A DNA stretch of 36,267 nucleotides from an uncultured Pseudomonadales bacterium (GCA_964570775.1 CAZMZI010000001.1:1-36267), one strand, 5' to 3'; shown: positions 8,196 to 17,926, numbered from the stretch's first letter. The notes: a model not told the origin generated them from the sequence alone. Translations and numbers: made by a program.

Positions 8196-8955
8196 GTTGC
8201 ATCTCCCAAAGTTTTAAATACACCACTGGGTGATGTAGTGCACTCATCACAGCAAACACAAAACCAGGTAAACCATCATAAAATCCTTTATGCCGTACAA
8301 ATAGTAGAAAAAAGGTAACTAATGGTTTGTAAATACAATAAATGACTGCATTACTAGGTGTAGGTTTTACTTTCTTGGTATGTAGCTGAGTTGCAGCAAA
8401 GGTTGTGTATGTATTAAACTTTCGTAAATAATCAGCAAATGACGGGTTACCATAATGGATTAAGTGTCCCTCAGCTGTACCAACTACTCCATCTACATGC
8501 ATTTGCTCATGAACGTCCTTTTGTGGTAGTTTAGCTTTTCCCTGTTTGTATAATCTAATAACCGAATCAGGGTACTGTCCACCCTTTTTCAAAAAACTGC
8601 CTAAAAAATAGTTTTTTCGTGGTATCCACCATGCTGCAGCTGGATTTTTTTGTAAATCACTAGTTTTAATCTTAGTAATAAACTCTCCCAGTTGTTTATC
8701 CACGACCTCATCTGCATCTAGTTGCAATACTAACTCACCTTTTGCTGCATCCATGCCAATTTGCTTATTTATATGAAAATTTAACTTATTGGTTGTTTGT
8801 ATAACTCTAGTAGTGTATTTTTTTGCCAACTCAACAGTACCATCAGTAGATTCACCATCTACAACAATAATTTCATCAGCAATATCACGTACAGACTCTA
8901 AACATCTTTTAATGTTCTTTTCTTCATTGTGTACAGCTAAAACAACAGATAACAT
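8188..8955 (-). CDS. GT2 glycosyltransferase, WaaE/KdtX-like subtype (paralogue 1 of 3).
   Basis: 255 aa with LSVVLAVHNEEKNIKRCLESV, IIVVDGESTDGT, LQLDADEVV (DxD). The C-terminal helical segment GLPGFVFAVMSALHHPVVYLKLWEM is shared with 26617-27459 and 28402-29298. AAGGAA lies 5 nt upstream of the ATG. Confidence 0.8.
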   Translation of the reverse strand: MLSVVLAVHNEEKNIKRCLESVRDIADEIIVVDGESTDGTVELAKKYTTRVIQTTNKLNFHINKQIGMDAAKGELVLQLDADEVVDKQLGEFITKIKTSDLQKNPAAAWWIPRKNYFLGSFLKKGGQYPDSVIRLYKQGKAKLPQKDVHEQMHVDGVVGTAEGHLIHYGNPSFADYLRKFNTYTTFAATQLHTKKVKPTPSNAVIYCIYKPLVTFFLLFVRHKGFYDGLPGFVFAVMSALHHPVVYLKLWEMQHG

Positions 8956-8957
8956 GA

Positions 8958-10544
8958 CTATTCCTTAACCTTCCATGTGTTATCTTCCCATGTTAGTAGC
9001 ATTTTCTCAACATTGCTCCTATCACTTTCTTGAGCTATGAAGTGATACTTTCCGAGTTTCTCACCATATCTAAAGCCAATTTTGTCTGGGTTTTGTTTTA
9101 CTACAGTAGTAAAAAAAGTATTTGGATCTAATTTAAGATACCAAGCAACTATAATATAGTGGTATCCTCCTCCATCAATAATTGCTACTTGAGCATCTGA
9201 AGCAGTCTCAGTTTTTGTTAGTGCACTTGAAATGCCACCTTGGTACAAGATTCTCATTTGCTCAGGATATCTAGCAAAATAGGTACTAACGTAGACACCA
9301 AAAAAAATAGTTGAACTGATTATAAAAAGGTAACCCACAAATGATACTGCTCTCTTTTTTTCGTATTTTTTTACTACAATACTGATTCCTTTAACACCAA
9401 TGAGCAGTAACACAACAAAAAAGAAAAGACTTCTTGTGGTATGTGGGGTGTCAACAGTTATTACTGAGGGGAACAAACTCATAAAGAGCAAGGCAACAAG
9501 AAAGAGTTCTTGTTTACACTTCGCTGCTTCCTTAAAGTCGTTACCTATCATTTTTTTTAGCACATAGACGACAACAATAGCAGTTCCAAGTAGGGAAAAT
9601 ATATAGACTGGCCACACAATGTTTCCCCAGTTTGGTAATGTATGCCAAGGATGAGTTCCACCTCGAATTGTAACAAAACTTGGCGAAAAACTTGCCATTG
9701 TTGCTTTTATAAGTAACTGCATGTAATACACGTACTTACTCCCCAAAGTTGATTGTAGATAGGATGGCAAAGACAACCGATATTCAACAGATTTTGCCCA
9801 AACTAACTCATCATTAAAAATAGTGATAGAACTTTTTTGTGCTGTAAGTGGTGCAAGGGTGACAAAAAAGAAAAAAGCTATGAATCCACACATTATAACA
9901 ATTGGCAACCATGCTTTCCAAAGTTTAACTCCATACCAGAAAATGAGCAAAATGGTAATAAATGGAACATATAACAATGGCGTGTTGTAAGTGCCGCATG
10001 CCATAAAAAGTAGTAGACCAGATACAAGTTGTAACCATTTGTTCTCTCTAGCTTTCAATCCAACTGCCAAGAAAAGAACAAACAACACAAGTGCAACATT
10101 GGCTTCAAAAGCTAATCTGGAATAGAAGAAAAAAACAGGCGAAGTGGCAATAAGAAAAGCATATAAAACTCTCCATTTTTTGCTCAAATTAAAACTATCT
10201 GCCAGATAGTAACTGACAACTATAAGCAAACCTCCCGCCAGAGCAGATGGTAAACGAACAATTGCATCGCTATACCCAAAGAGCGTGAAAAGTGGAACTA
10301 AGCTGAGTGGATATCCAAGAAGTTTATAGTCTCCAAAGGACTCGAGCGCCAATGGCCATGACCTGCCCCACTCATCTTTGCCTGATTCTCTTAATAAGAG
10401 TGCGTTGTAGGCTAGAGCTGCTTCATCCCTGTTTAAAATACTCTCAGAGCCCAAATTAAGCCAAACTAACCGTAAGATCACTGAAATACTGGTTATAAGA
10501 ATAAGCAATAAAAGTACACTATTTTTCTTGTGCATAGAGTCCAT
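8958..10544 (-). CDS. ArnT/PMT-like (GT39/GT83-type) GT-C membrane glycosyltransferase, paralogue A.
   Basis: 528 aa and polytopic. Motifs: NRDEAALAYNALLLRESGKDEWGRSWPLALESFGDYKLLGYP, VRLPSALAG, SPVFFFYSRLAFEAN, RGGTHPWHTL, ITVDTPHTTRSLFF, plus a soluble C-terminal domain. An alternative ATG lies at 10535. Confidence 0.75.
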   Translation of the reverse strand: MDSMHKKNSVLLLLILITSISVILRLVWLNLGSESILNRDEAALAYNALLLRESGKDEWGRSWPLALESFGDYKLLGYPLSLVPLFTLFGYSDAIVRLPSALAGGLLIVVSYYLADSFNLSKKWRVLYAFLIATSPVFFFYSRLAFEANVALVLFVLFLAVGLKARENKWLQLVSGLLLFMACGTYNTPLLYVPFITILLIFWYGVKLWKAWLPIVIMCGFIAFFFFVTLAPLTAQKSSITIFNDELVWAKSVEYRLSLPSYLQSTLGSKYVYYMQLLIKATMASFSPSFVTIRGGTHPWHTLPNWGNIVWPVYIFSLLGTAIVVVYVLKKMIGNDFKEAAKCKQELFLVALLFMSLFPSVITVDTPHTTRSLFFFVVLLLIGVKGISIVVKKYEKKRAVSFVGYLFIISSTIFFGVYVSTYFARYPEQMRILYQGGISSALTKTETASDAQVAIIDGGGYHYIIVAWYLKLDPNTFFTTVVKQNPDKIGFRYGEKLGKYHFIAQESDRSNVEKMLLTWEDNTWKVKE

Positions 10545-12213
10545 ATCCTGTTGGGTAACGATCTAGTTCACGGAGTGAAGCAGCTGAAAAAACAGAACTA
10601 ACATAGCCAGGTTCTGCTAGTAACACTGAATTTCCTGAATCACTTAGAAAAGTCTCAGCTCTAAACTTGATGTTTCTTAACTGTAGTTTAGTATCAAAGC
10701 TAGAAAACTCTGTACCAGTTTGACGTATTTGTTGCACTTCGTTAGGTGAGTATTCATACAATAACATCCATAAATACAACCGAGTATCTGGAGTTTGCAC
10801 GTACACGGTTTCATAGGATTTACTTAATTCAACAGCATCATGCGCAATATCTCGATAGGTATCTTGCCAGGATTTTTTACTCATTGTTGGATATATGGTT
10901 CTGTAATAATGAACAAATTGCATAAAGCTAAACAAAGTACCGCAAACAATTGCAAGAGTTGTTGCTGTAATAAAAAACTGCGTTATTTTGTTGGTTTGAT
11001 ATGTAAGCATCCAGAATAATCCAAACCCAAGAATTAAAGAAAGTGGTGCTAAAGCAAAAAGAGAACGCTGAGCATGGGGAACTTCTAACGGTATTGATGC
11101 TGGCACTAAAGCTACTACTAGCCAAAATAGTATAAACAAACTTACTTTGCGACTTTTGAGAATCAGAGAAAGTAGTCCTACTATAAAAAAGACAAATGTT
11201 GGATATAAAAAAAGACCAAATACACCCGTACCATGTCTTAGGTTTTGATCACCGGTAAAAAAAAGGTAACTAGGGTGTAGATGTGTTGTAATATTTGTCA
11301 CAATTTTTTTAAGCAAAAAAACCCTTCTATTAAAGAAGAGACCATCAATTCTCGAGTTTGCAATACTTTGTACTTGGTTTGCCTCAATAACAAAAGTACT
11401 GTTGTTTAGCACTGATGCGGCACTAAGCCTAACTGTTTGACTTGCCGAATATGAACTTGATCTCCACATTGGTACTAATATAGCTGCATACAACAGAAGT
11501 GCCGTGATACTTACACCAATCAACGTGCGTTTGACCGAATTGGAACTCTTGAACCATTCCAAGACTGTAAACGCTATAAATACTAGTGGCCAAATAAACT
11601 GAACAGCAAAATAGGTATAGGTGGCAAAAGCACCGACTAACGCGGAAAGTAGCAGAAAAACTATTTTTCTTTGTTCAAAACTTTTTAAAACAAAAACAAA
11701 AGAAAGTAAAACAAGAAATTGAGCAAAAGCACTTTCAAACCCTACAATAGAATAATGTATAGCCCAAGGTGAGAGTGCAACCATTGCGGCAATAGATAAA
11801 AATAAATTCTTTTCTTCTAGTTTTGGTAGTGACTTACAATACCTTTGGTAGATTGCTACTCCTAACCAAGCAGCCAAAAAAATAGTAGCAACACCACCTA
11901 TAAGATTTGGGAGTCTTACCAGCCAGTCATAATCCGGTAGAATTCGATATAGCACACTTACAACCCAGATATATCCAGGAAGCTTATAATCACCATAAGA
12001 CAAAAAAAATGGTTGAAGCCAAGTTTTTCCATGTATATCAGTTGCAAAATGTGCAACTGATCGTGCATCTACTGCAATAGCCACCTCATCCCAATACAGA
12101 GGTTTTGTTTGACTAATAAACAAACCAATCCTTGTCAAAACTCCTAAACTCACCAAACAGAGTAGTAGTATCCAGATAATTTGCTTATGTAGCATGTCAA
12201 AATTATAACTCAT
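10519..12213 (-). CDS. ArnT/PMT-like GT-C membrane glycosyltransferase, paralogue B.
   Basis: Motifs: YWDEVAIAVDARSVAHFATDIHGKTWLQPFFLSYGDYKLPGY, VRLPNLIGG, SPWAIHYSIVGFESA, FTGDQNLRHGTG, IPLEVPHAQRSLFA. I place the start at ATG 12213 (MSYNFDMLHKQ...) or ATG 12195 (MLHKQIIWILLL...), by analogy with the short N-tails of the paralogues. The ORF-track GTG at 12330 would overlap the divergent gene. Confidence 0.75.
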   Translation of the reverse strand: MSYNFDMLHKQIIWILLLCLVSLGVLTRIGLFISQTKPLYWDEVAIAVDARSVAHFATDIHGKTWLQPFFLSYGDYKLPGYIWVVSVLYRILPDYDWLVRLPNLIGGVATIFLAAWLGVAIYQRYCKSLPKLEEKNLFLSIAAMVALSPWAIHYSIVGFESAFAQFLVLLSFVFVLKSFEQRKIVFLLLSALVGAFATYTYFAVQFIWPLVFIAFTVLEWFKSSNSVKRTLIGVSITALLLYAAILVPMWRSSSYSASQTVRLSAASVLNNSTFVIEANQVQSIANSRIDGLFFNRRVFLLKKIVTNITTHLHPSYLFFTGDQNLRHGTGVFGLFLYPTFVFFIVGLLSLILKSRKVSLFILFWLVVALVPASIPLEVPHAQRSLFALAPLSLILGFGLFWMLTYQTNKITQFFITATTLAIVCGTLFSFMQFVHYYRTIYPTMSKKSWQDTYRDIAHDAVELSKSYETVYVQTPDTRLYLWMLLYEYSPNEVQQIRQTGTEFSSFDTKLQLRNIKFRAETFLSDSGNSVLLAEPGYVSSVFSAASLRELDRYPTGYGLYAQEK

Positions 12214-12235
12214 TCCTGTGTATAATGGAGTCACC
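12214..12235. promoter_or_regulatory. 22-bp divergent junction between paralogue B (minus) and the plus-strand 3-gene block. It contains an RBS for the plus gene and a TATAAT hexamer.
   Basis: GGAG at 12227-12230 lies 5 nt before ATG 12236. A perfect TATAAT sits at 12221-12226, but it is too close to the RBS to serve a leadered transcript. Real promoters must lie largely inside the flanking coding sequences. Confidence 0.2.
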
Positions 12236-13780
12236 ATGAGAATAAGGTGGTTCATAGCTTTTTTACTTTTCATTTCCCTCGCTTTTCGTTTTTGGTATTT
12301 CTCCACACACGTAGTAGTAAGTAATGACACTCTCAGAGACGCACAAATTGTTGAAGAGCTTACAAGATCGGGAAACTATCTACCTACAGTTGGGCCAAAA
12401 GCAAGTGTTGGAAATTTTTATCTACCACCACTTTACTATCAAGTTCATCTTTTGTTTTCTGTACTCTCAAATCACCACCCTTTAACCATGAATGTTGTGA
12501 ATACATTTATCGAAGCTCTAACCCCTGTAGTGGTTTTTTTGCTACTTCTTAAAGTATCGAGCAAACACTTTGCTTTCATTCTTTCACTTTTGTATGTATT
12601 TGCACCACTCCCTGTTATTTTCGGAACTAGAGCATGGAATCCAATAACAATACCTTTTTTTACCTCACTTGCAGTGCTACTTTGGCTGCACTTTTTGGAA
12701 ACAAAAAAAAGATATCTTATTCCTATCATGGTTGCCGCAGTTACTGTGGCACTTCATTTACACTACCAATCCGTGGTAGTTCTTCCCTTTTATCTCATTT
12801 GTTTTTTTTGGTCTATCAAAACATATCCAAAACTGTTGTGGTATTGGTTACTCGGCGCAAGTATAGCGGTACTCTCACTTTTACCCTATGTAGTGGGTGA
12901 GGCACAAAATCAGTGGCAAAACACCTTAGCAATACAAAATTATTTTTCTGGCGAACATTCTCAATACTTTGATAGAGTGTCGAAACCAGAATATATTTAC
13001 ACCTTTTTGCCCGCCTTTTTTGAACGTGTACTCACAAACAGCACAACACAGCAGCATTGGTTTGGGAGAGTCTTAGGACTCTCAGCAGTGAGTTGTTTTG
13101 TTTTGTTACTCAAGAAACAACCGGTGAAGTGGAAAACTCAAGATAAATATCTGTTTTTATTACTTAGCTATGTGATAAGCATAGTAATTGCTCTACGTCT
13201 CTATAAAGGTGACAAAATAGACTACTATATGAGTACGTTGTTCACGGCACCACTTTTCTTTCTTGCAGCCCTCAGTAAAATACATACTAAAGCAGCAATA
13301 GCTGGTGCTAGTATCCTTATTCTTTTTGCATTTAAAACCACTGTAGCCATACCACAATTTAATGATCTAAAAGAACTTGATGCTGTGGTAAAAACACTTA
13401 AACAGCATAGTACTGTGGAAGGCTTTCGCTACTTTTTTTATGATATTCGACAAGCAAACACCTTCAGTTATCTCATTTACAAAAACCCTGAAATAAAAAT
13501 GAATCAGAAAAGCAGTACTATTGTTGACATATTTGAGTCAACAGCAACCATTTCCATATCACCAACTCTATGTAGTAATTCTTATAAAGAAGAGCAATCA
13601 AATGCTGAAAGGTTTTCACAATTTAAATGTGAATATGACTACCAACCCACTGTACCTTCAATGAAGTTTAAAGATTTTGCTATTCAAATTGGAACGGTTA
13701 CTGATACAAATGGAATTGAAGTAAAACATAGTGTTGATTCATCACACGGTACGGATATACTGCTAACAGACCTTTTTTGA
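12236..13780 (+). CDS. Polytopic membrane protein, ArnT/PMT_2-like GT-C candidate (subtype 2, paralogue of 129-1676).
   Basis: 514 aa from ATG 12236, which has a GGAG RBS 5 nt upstream (the ORF-track GTG at 12218 is less likely). The motifs SNDTLRD, TVGPKASVGNFYLPPLYYQVHLLF and TRAWNPITIPFF are shared with 129-1676. Hydrophobic N-terminal two-thirds, soluble C-terminal domain. Confidence 0.65.
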   Translation: MRIRWFIAFLLFISLAFRFWYFSTHVVVSNDTLRDAQIVEELTRSGNYLPTVGPKASVGNFYLPPLYYQVHLLFSVLSNHHPLTMNVVNTFIEALTPVVVFLLLLKVSSKHFAFILSLLYVFAPLPVIFGTRAWNPITIPFFTSLAVLLWLHFLETKKRYLIPIMVAAVTVALHLHYQSVVVLPFYLICFFWSIKTYPKLLWYWLLGASIAVLSLLPYVVGEAQNQWQNTLAIQNYFSGEHSQYFDRVSKPEYIYTFLPAFFERVLTNSTTQQHWFGRVLGLSAVSCFVLLLKKQPVKWKTQDKYLFLLLSYVISIVIALRLYKGDKIDYYMSTLFTAPLFFLAALSKIHTKAAIAGASILILFAFKTTVAIPQFNDLKELDAVVKTLKQHSTVEGFRYFFYDIRQANTFSYLIYKNPEIKMNQKSSTIVDIFESTATISISPTLCSNSYKEEQSNAERFSQFKCEYDYQPTVPSMKFKDFAIQIGTVTDTNGIEVKHSVDSSHGTDILLTDLF

Positions 13781-13791
13781 TACACATACTC

Positions 13792-15492
13792 ATGAACCTA
13801 CATAAAGCATTTCTAAAAATAGTAAAAGAACACAGCATCTATTTGTTCATAATTGGCTGCTTTGCCCTCTTAGGTTCACTGCCTTTTTTTCATGAAGGTT
13901 TGTACACCGCACATGATATTTGGCATCAAGTAGCAAGAATTTTTCACTATACCCAAGCTATCAAAGACGGTCAGTTATTCCCAACCTGGATCAGCACACT
14001 TTCTCAGGGTCATGGCTACCCCTTGTTTATTTTTTCATATCACATGCCATGGATTGTTGGCACGCCACTGGCATTACTTGGGATAGATATTCAACTGGTG
14101 CTTAAAATTCTGTTTGTCTCCTCGTTTTTTGCATCTGGAGTTGCTTTGTATGCAGTAGCATGGCATCTAACTAAACACAAAATTGCTGCCACTACAGCAG
14201 CAATACTGTACCTTTTTGCTCCCTACCACTTCTTAACAATGTATGTGAGTGCAGCAATTGGCACACAGTTTCAATTCGTTGTTTTACCGTTACTGTTCTT
14301 AGGTGCATCCTGGATTCTAGATAAAAAGCCTCGAATTGGAGTACTCTTATTAGCTTTAACAACTGCTGCCGGTATACTAAGTCATCTCATTACGTTTGCA
14401 TTTATGTTTTTTGCTCTCATCTTGTATGTTTGTTACTCATTTAAGTTCACCAACATTCCTCAGCATAGGAAAAGAAAAGTGATAGTATTACTGGTTTATA
14501 GCATCTTTTTAGGATTACTTTTAGTAAGTTTTTACCTCATTCCATTTGTTGCATATAAAGACGCTATTATTGCTTCACTACCTGGAAATGGTTTTACTGA
14601 CATTTATAAAAGTAATTTTGTCACGCTCAAGCAGTTACTCTACTCCAAATGGGGATTTGGACCAATTATAAGTAATGCAAAGGATGGTGAAATCTCACTC
14701 CAAGTTGGAATTGCTCATTGGATTGCTGTGGCTACCACTCTCGGTCTTTCTTTCATTACGATACTCAAGAAGAAGAAAATAAACACACAAGTATTCTTCT
14801 TTAGTGCCCTGTTTATAACCAGCGTAATAGGCATGTTGGATATTTCAAAAAAACTTTGGGAGGTAACAACTCGTTTTGTTGCTTTTGATTATCCTTTTAG
14901 GTTACTTATCATAGCTGTTTTTGCTGGATCGATACTTTCAGCATTCGCGGTATCATTCTTTAAAAAATACAAGTATGTGCCGCTCACCTTAGCACTAGTA
15001 TTTGTACTTATTGCTAGTTATACAAATAGAAACCACATAAGAGTCAACTTATACACAGATGTTGAAACAAGTTTGTATGTACGCTCTGAAACGACTACAA
15101 ACACGTTTCATGAGTACTTACCAAAAGGAGCAAATTCACAACTTCTTTCTAAAGATGCAGACAGTATTATTACTGCACCAGACGCAAGTGTCTCAGCTAC
15201 TAATATAAAACAATCCACAGATACTTTGCTTTTTGATGCATCTGTATCTGCAGACAGTGATGTCGCTTTTCGACAGTTCTCTTTTCCAGGACAAACTTTG
15301 TATGTCGATGGCATTTATACTAACCATACCGTTGACGACAAAGGAAGAATACAAACAAAATTAAACGCTGGTATGCACTCTATTCTAATACAATATGAAG
15401 ATACAACTCCAATTTTGCTTGGGAAAGTACTCACAGTACTTGGTTTATTATTTATTGTTCGATTTGTAATGAGAGAAAGTAAAAAGGAATGA
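13792..15492 (+). CDS. Polytopic membrane protein, PTPS-related/YfhO-like GT-C candidate (paralogue 2 of 3).
   Basis: Motifs: FHEGLYTAHDIWHQVARIFHYTQAIKDGQLFPTWIS...HGYPLFIFSYHMPW, mid FDYPFRLLII, C-terminal FPGQTLYVDG...LNAGMHSILIQY followed by a terminal TM helix. Start is ATG 13792. The alternative is TTG 13777, which overlaps the upstream stop. Confidence 0.6.
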   Translation: MNLHKAFLKIVKEHSIYLFIIGCFALLGSLPFFHEGLYTAHDIWHQVARIFHYTQAIKDGQLFPTWISTLSQGHGYPLFIFSYHMPWIVGTPLALLGIDIQLVLKILFVSSFFASGVALYAVAWHLTKHKIAATTAAILYLFAPYHFLTMYVSAAIGTQFQFVVLPLLFLGASWILDKKPRIGVLLLALTTAAGILSHLITFAFMFFALILYVCYSFKFTNIPQHRKRKVIVLLVYSIFLGLLLVSFYLIPFVAYKDAIIASLPGNGFTDIYKSNFVTLKQLLYSKWGFGPIISNAKDGEISLQVGIAHWIAVATTLGLSFITILKKKKINTQVFFFSALFITSVIGMLDISKKLWEVTTRFVAFDYPFRLLIIAVFAGSILSAFAVSFFKKYKYVPLTLALVFVLIASYTNRNHIRVNLYTDVETSLYVRSETTTNTFHEYLPKGANSQLLSKDADSIITAPDASVSATNIKQSTDTLLFDASVSADSDVAFRQFSFPGQTLYVDGIYTNHTVDDKGRIQTKLNAGMHSILIQYEDTTPILLGKVLTVLGLLFIVRFVMRESKKE

Positions 15493-16223
15493 AAAAAAAT
15501 AATGCAACAGTCATTGCAGTTATGCCTGCATATAATGCAGCCAAAACACTCAAAAAAACGGTAGCAGATATCCCAAAAGATACTGTTGATACCATCATTT
15601 TGGTTGATGACAATAGCTCGGACGAAACAGTCCGCGTTGCAAAAGATCTTGACTTAAAAGTAGTTAAGCATCCCCAGAACAGAGGATATGGTGGCAATCA
15701 AAAAACATGCTATACCTTAGCATTATCAGAAGGAGCTGATGTTGTCGTTATGATCCACCCTGACTATCAGTACGATAGTACGTTAACTGCTGATATGGTA
15801 AAACCCATTATTGATGGCAAGTTTGATGTAATGTTAGGCTCACGAATTCGCACCAGAGCTGAGGCACTGGCAGGAGGTATGCCAAAATATAAATATATTG
15901 GCAACAGATTTTTAACATTAATTGAAAATACTGTACTTGGTCAAAATTTGTCCGAGTATCACACCGGATTTAGAGCATTCAGTAAAAAAGCGTTAGAAAA
16001 GGTTCCCTTTCACACCTACTCGGATGACTTTGTTTTTGATTCGCAAATACTCTTTGGGTGCATAGCAAATAATGAACGCATTGGTGAAATACCTGTTCCA
16101 GTTAGGTATTTCCAAGAAGCTTCTTCAATCAATTTTTGGAGATCTTGCGTTTATGGCTTGAGCATACTCAGAGACTTAGTTCTCTTTGCCCTCACAGGTG
16201 GAACTTACTTTATTCGTCGCTAA
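15489..16223 (+). CDS. GT2 glycosyltransferase, DPM1/GtrB/CsbB-like short form (candidate polyprenyl-phosphate sugar synthase).
   Basis: 244 aa with VIAVMPAYNAAKTL, IILVDDNSSDET, NRGYGGNQKT, MIHPDYQYD (DxD-position variant), YHTGFRAFSKK. ATGA overlap (15489-15492) with the preceding YfhO-like gene. Confidence 0.85.
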   Translation: MKKNNATVIAVMPAYNAAKTLKKTVADIPKDTVDTIILVDDNSSDETVRVAKDLDLKVVKHPQNRGYGGNQKTCYTLALSEGADVVVMIHPDYQYDSTLTADMVKPIIDGKFDVMLGSRIRTRAEALAGGMPKYKYIGNRFLTLIENTVLGQNLSEYHTGFRAFSKKALEKVPFHTYSDDFVFDSQILFGCIANNERIGEIPVPVRYFQEASSINFWRSCVYGLSILRDLVLFALTGGTYFIRR

Positions 16224-17926
16224 TTTTGACAACTATTGTCTGTAATTACAGAGCGAGCATTATATACAAACACATATGAGTGCACTCCATTAGAAGCTTT
16301 ACCTTCATAAAGCAGTTGAGCACCTTCAATCCTTTGGTCGGTAACAAATACTGCATCTACATTCTTCTCTACAGCTTTACAACCAATCGATTCTAAAGAA
16401 TCATTTGTTGCAAATACTCTCCCCAACTCAACAGTATGTTGAAATCCAGATGATTCAAGCTCACCTAATTTTGCTAATTCTTGATACTTCTTAGCAGGCA
16501 TCTTTGTATAGAATGCATAAAACATAAGTGGGTCTGAGTAGAATGGTTTGAAATAGATTTGTGAAGTTTGGGGCAAGGTTTGTAAGTAAGTATGTAAACT
16601 AGGTAAGTAACTTTGGTAGTAGTACTCATTTTTAGTTACATGCACTGAAAAATACTCTGTAAGATACAAAAAACTAAACGCAGAAGTTGTCACTACTAAC
16701 AAGGCAAACATTGCAGGCTGGTACTTCTTTTGCAACCACTGCATAACAAGATCCACACCATAAAGCACTGCAATCAAAACAAAGGGATACCACATTGATA
16801 TACGCACTTTTTGTGGATCACCTACCAAAATAGTTGGTAGAGGTGCAAACAAAACTCCAACGAGCAAAAGTGCTCTTTGATACCGTGCAAATACATTTTT
16901 TGCAGCAAAAACACCTACCACACCAATAATAAAGAATGGATAAAAAATTGGGTAGAGCTGTGCAAACCCCTCAACGGTCAAGAAAGTAAGGTCACTTTCA
17001 CCTACTGAGACCAAGTAGTTTGGTGAGAAAGTGGATAGGTACCTTTCAAGTAAGGTTCTACTAATAAGTACTGGTTTATTCCAAACCATGTCACAAAGTA
17101 AACGAGGATACTGCATGTCACAAAACGTTCTGTTCTCGTTAATTCTCAGTGCCAATCCAGGATCTGAAAGTATGCCAACTTGGTTAAACCGAGTACTGTT
17201 TACACCAACAATACTTGGTGCAAATAAAGGAGCAATGATAAGTAAAAAACTGCCTGCGAACAGCGAGAATTGTTTAGATTTAATCTTTTTTCTAACAACT
17301 AAGATACCTAATGCACAAACCCAAATGAGGGCAGTTACTGGTCTATATGCTATGTAGGCATACCATGTGAGCGCTAAAGCAGAACCAGCAACCAAGAACC
17401 AAGTACTTACATTTGATTTGAGTGCTTTAAATAGTGCAGCCAAACCAATCACTAGTAACAGTAATGCAATATTGGATTCAAACCCAAACCTACTCAAAAA
17501 AAACGTCCAGGGGCTAACTGCCGTAATGAGCGCACCAAGTGCACTGAGGCGTTTAGAAAATGAAAGTTCACGAAGCAACCAATAACTAGCAAGAATGAGT
17601 AGTGTACCTGCTACAACTGAAGGGATTCTGATTGCCAAAATTGATAATCCAAATATAAAAACAGGCAACAAATCTAAATAAGCCATTGCTGGTAGTTTTT
17701 GGTCGCCGAATCCTCTAAACACAAGTGGCAATCGTTGTCCATGTTCATCTGCCCCTGTTTCAAGTAGGGAGTGCGCCAAGTATCCAAAATGAAGTTCATC
17801 AATAAGAGCTCCTTTTGGTGCTGAATCAATTTTCCAGAGTCGAATACCAAAACCAATGAGTGCTATTAACACTACTATTGCAATAGGATACAATAAACGA
17901 ACTGTTGTTTTTTTCTGATTCTTCAT
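16220..17926 (-). CDS. ArnT/PMT-like GT-C membrane glycosyltransferase, paralogue C (divergent).
   Basis: 568 aa with LIDELHFGYLAHSLLETGADEHGQRLPLVFRGFGDQKLPAM, IRIPSVVAG, SPWTFFLSRFGFESN. The VPHxxR motif is degenerate (ILVGDPQKVRISMW). Its stop codon overlaps the stop of the convergent GT2 gene. Confidence 0.7.
   Translation of the reverse strand: MKNQKKTTVRLLYPIAIVVLIALIGFGIRLWKIDSAPKGALIDELHFGYLAHSLLETGADEHGQRLPLVFRGFGDQKLPAMAYLDLLPVFIFGLSILAIRIPSVVAGTLLILASYWLLRELSFSKRLSALGALITAVSPWTFFLSRFGFESNIALLLLVIGLAALFKALKSNVSTWFLVAGSALALTWYAYIAYRPVTALIWVCALGILVVRKKIKSKQFSLFAGSFLLIIAPLFAPSIVGVNSTRFNQVGILSDPGLALRINENRTFCDMQYPRLLCDMVWNKPVLISRTLLERYLSTFSPNYLVSVGESDLTFLTVEGFAQLYPIFYPFFIIGVVGVFAAKNVFARYQRALLLVGVLFAPLPTILVGDPQKVRISMWYPFVLIAVLYGVDLVMQWLQKKYQPAMFALLVVTTSAFSFLYLTEYFSVHVTKNEYYYQSYLPSLHTYLQTLPQTSQIYFKPFYSDPLMFYAFYTKMPAKKYQELAKLGELESSGFQHTVELGRVFATNDSLESIGCKAVEKNVDAVFVTDQRIEGAQLLYEGKASNGVHSYVFVYNARSVITDNSCQN

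Noticed and set aside
12214-12330. N-terminal extension of GT-C paralogue B up to GTG 12330, and the GTG 12218 start for the divergent plus gene.
   Set aside because: The extension (MSLLTTTCVEKYQKRKAREMKSKK...) would overlap the divergent gene by about 100 nt and has no counterpart in the six paralogues, which all start 3-10 residues before the first TM helix. ATG 12236 has a proper GGAG RBS.
16240-16251. Perfect 12-nt palindrome CTGTAATTACAG, 17 nt downstream of the plus-strand GT2 stop, as a possible bidirectional terminator.
   Set aside because: The stem is at most 5-6 bp and AT-rich, with no loop and no flanking T-tract. It lies inside the coding sequence of paralogue C. It is too weak to call an intrinsic terminator.
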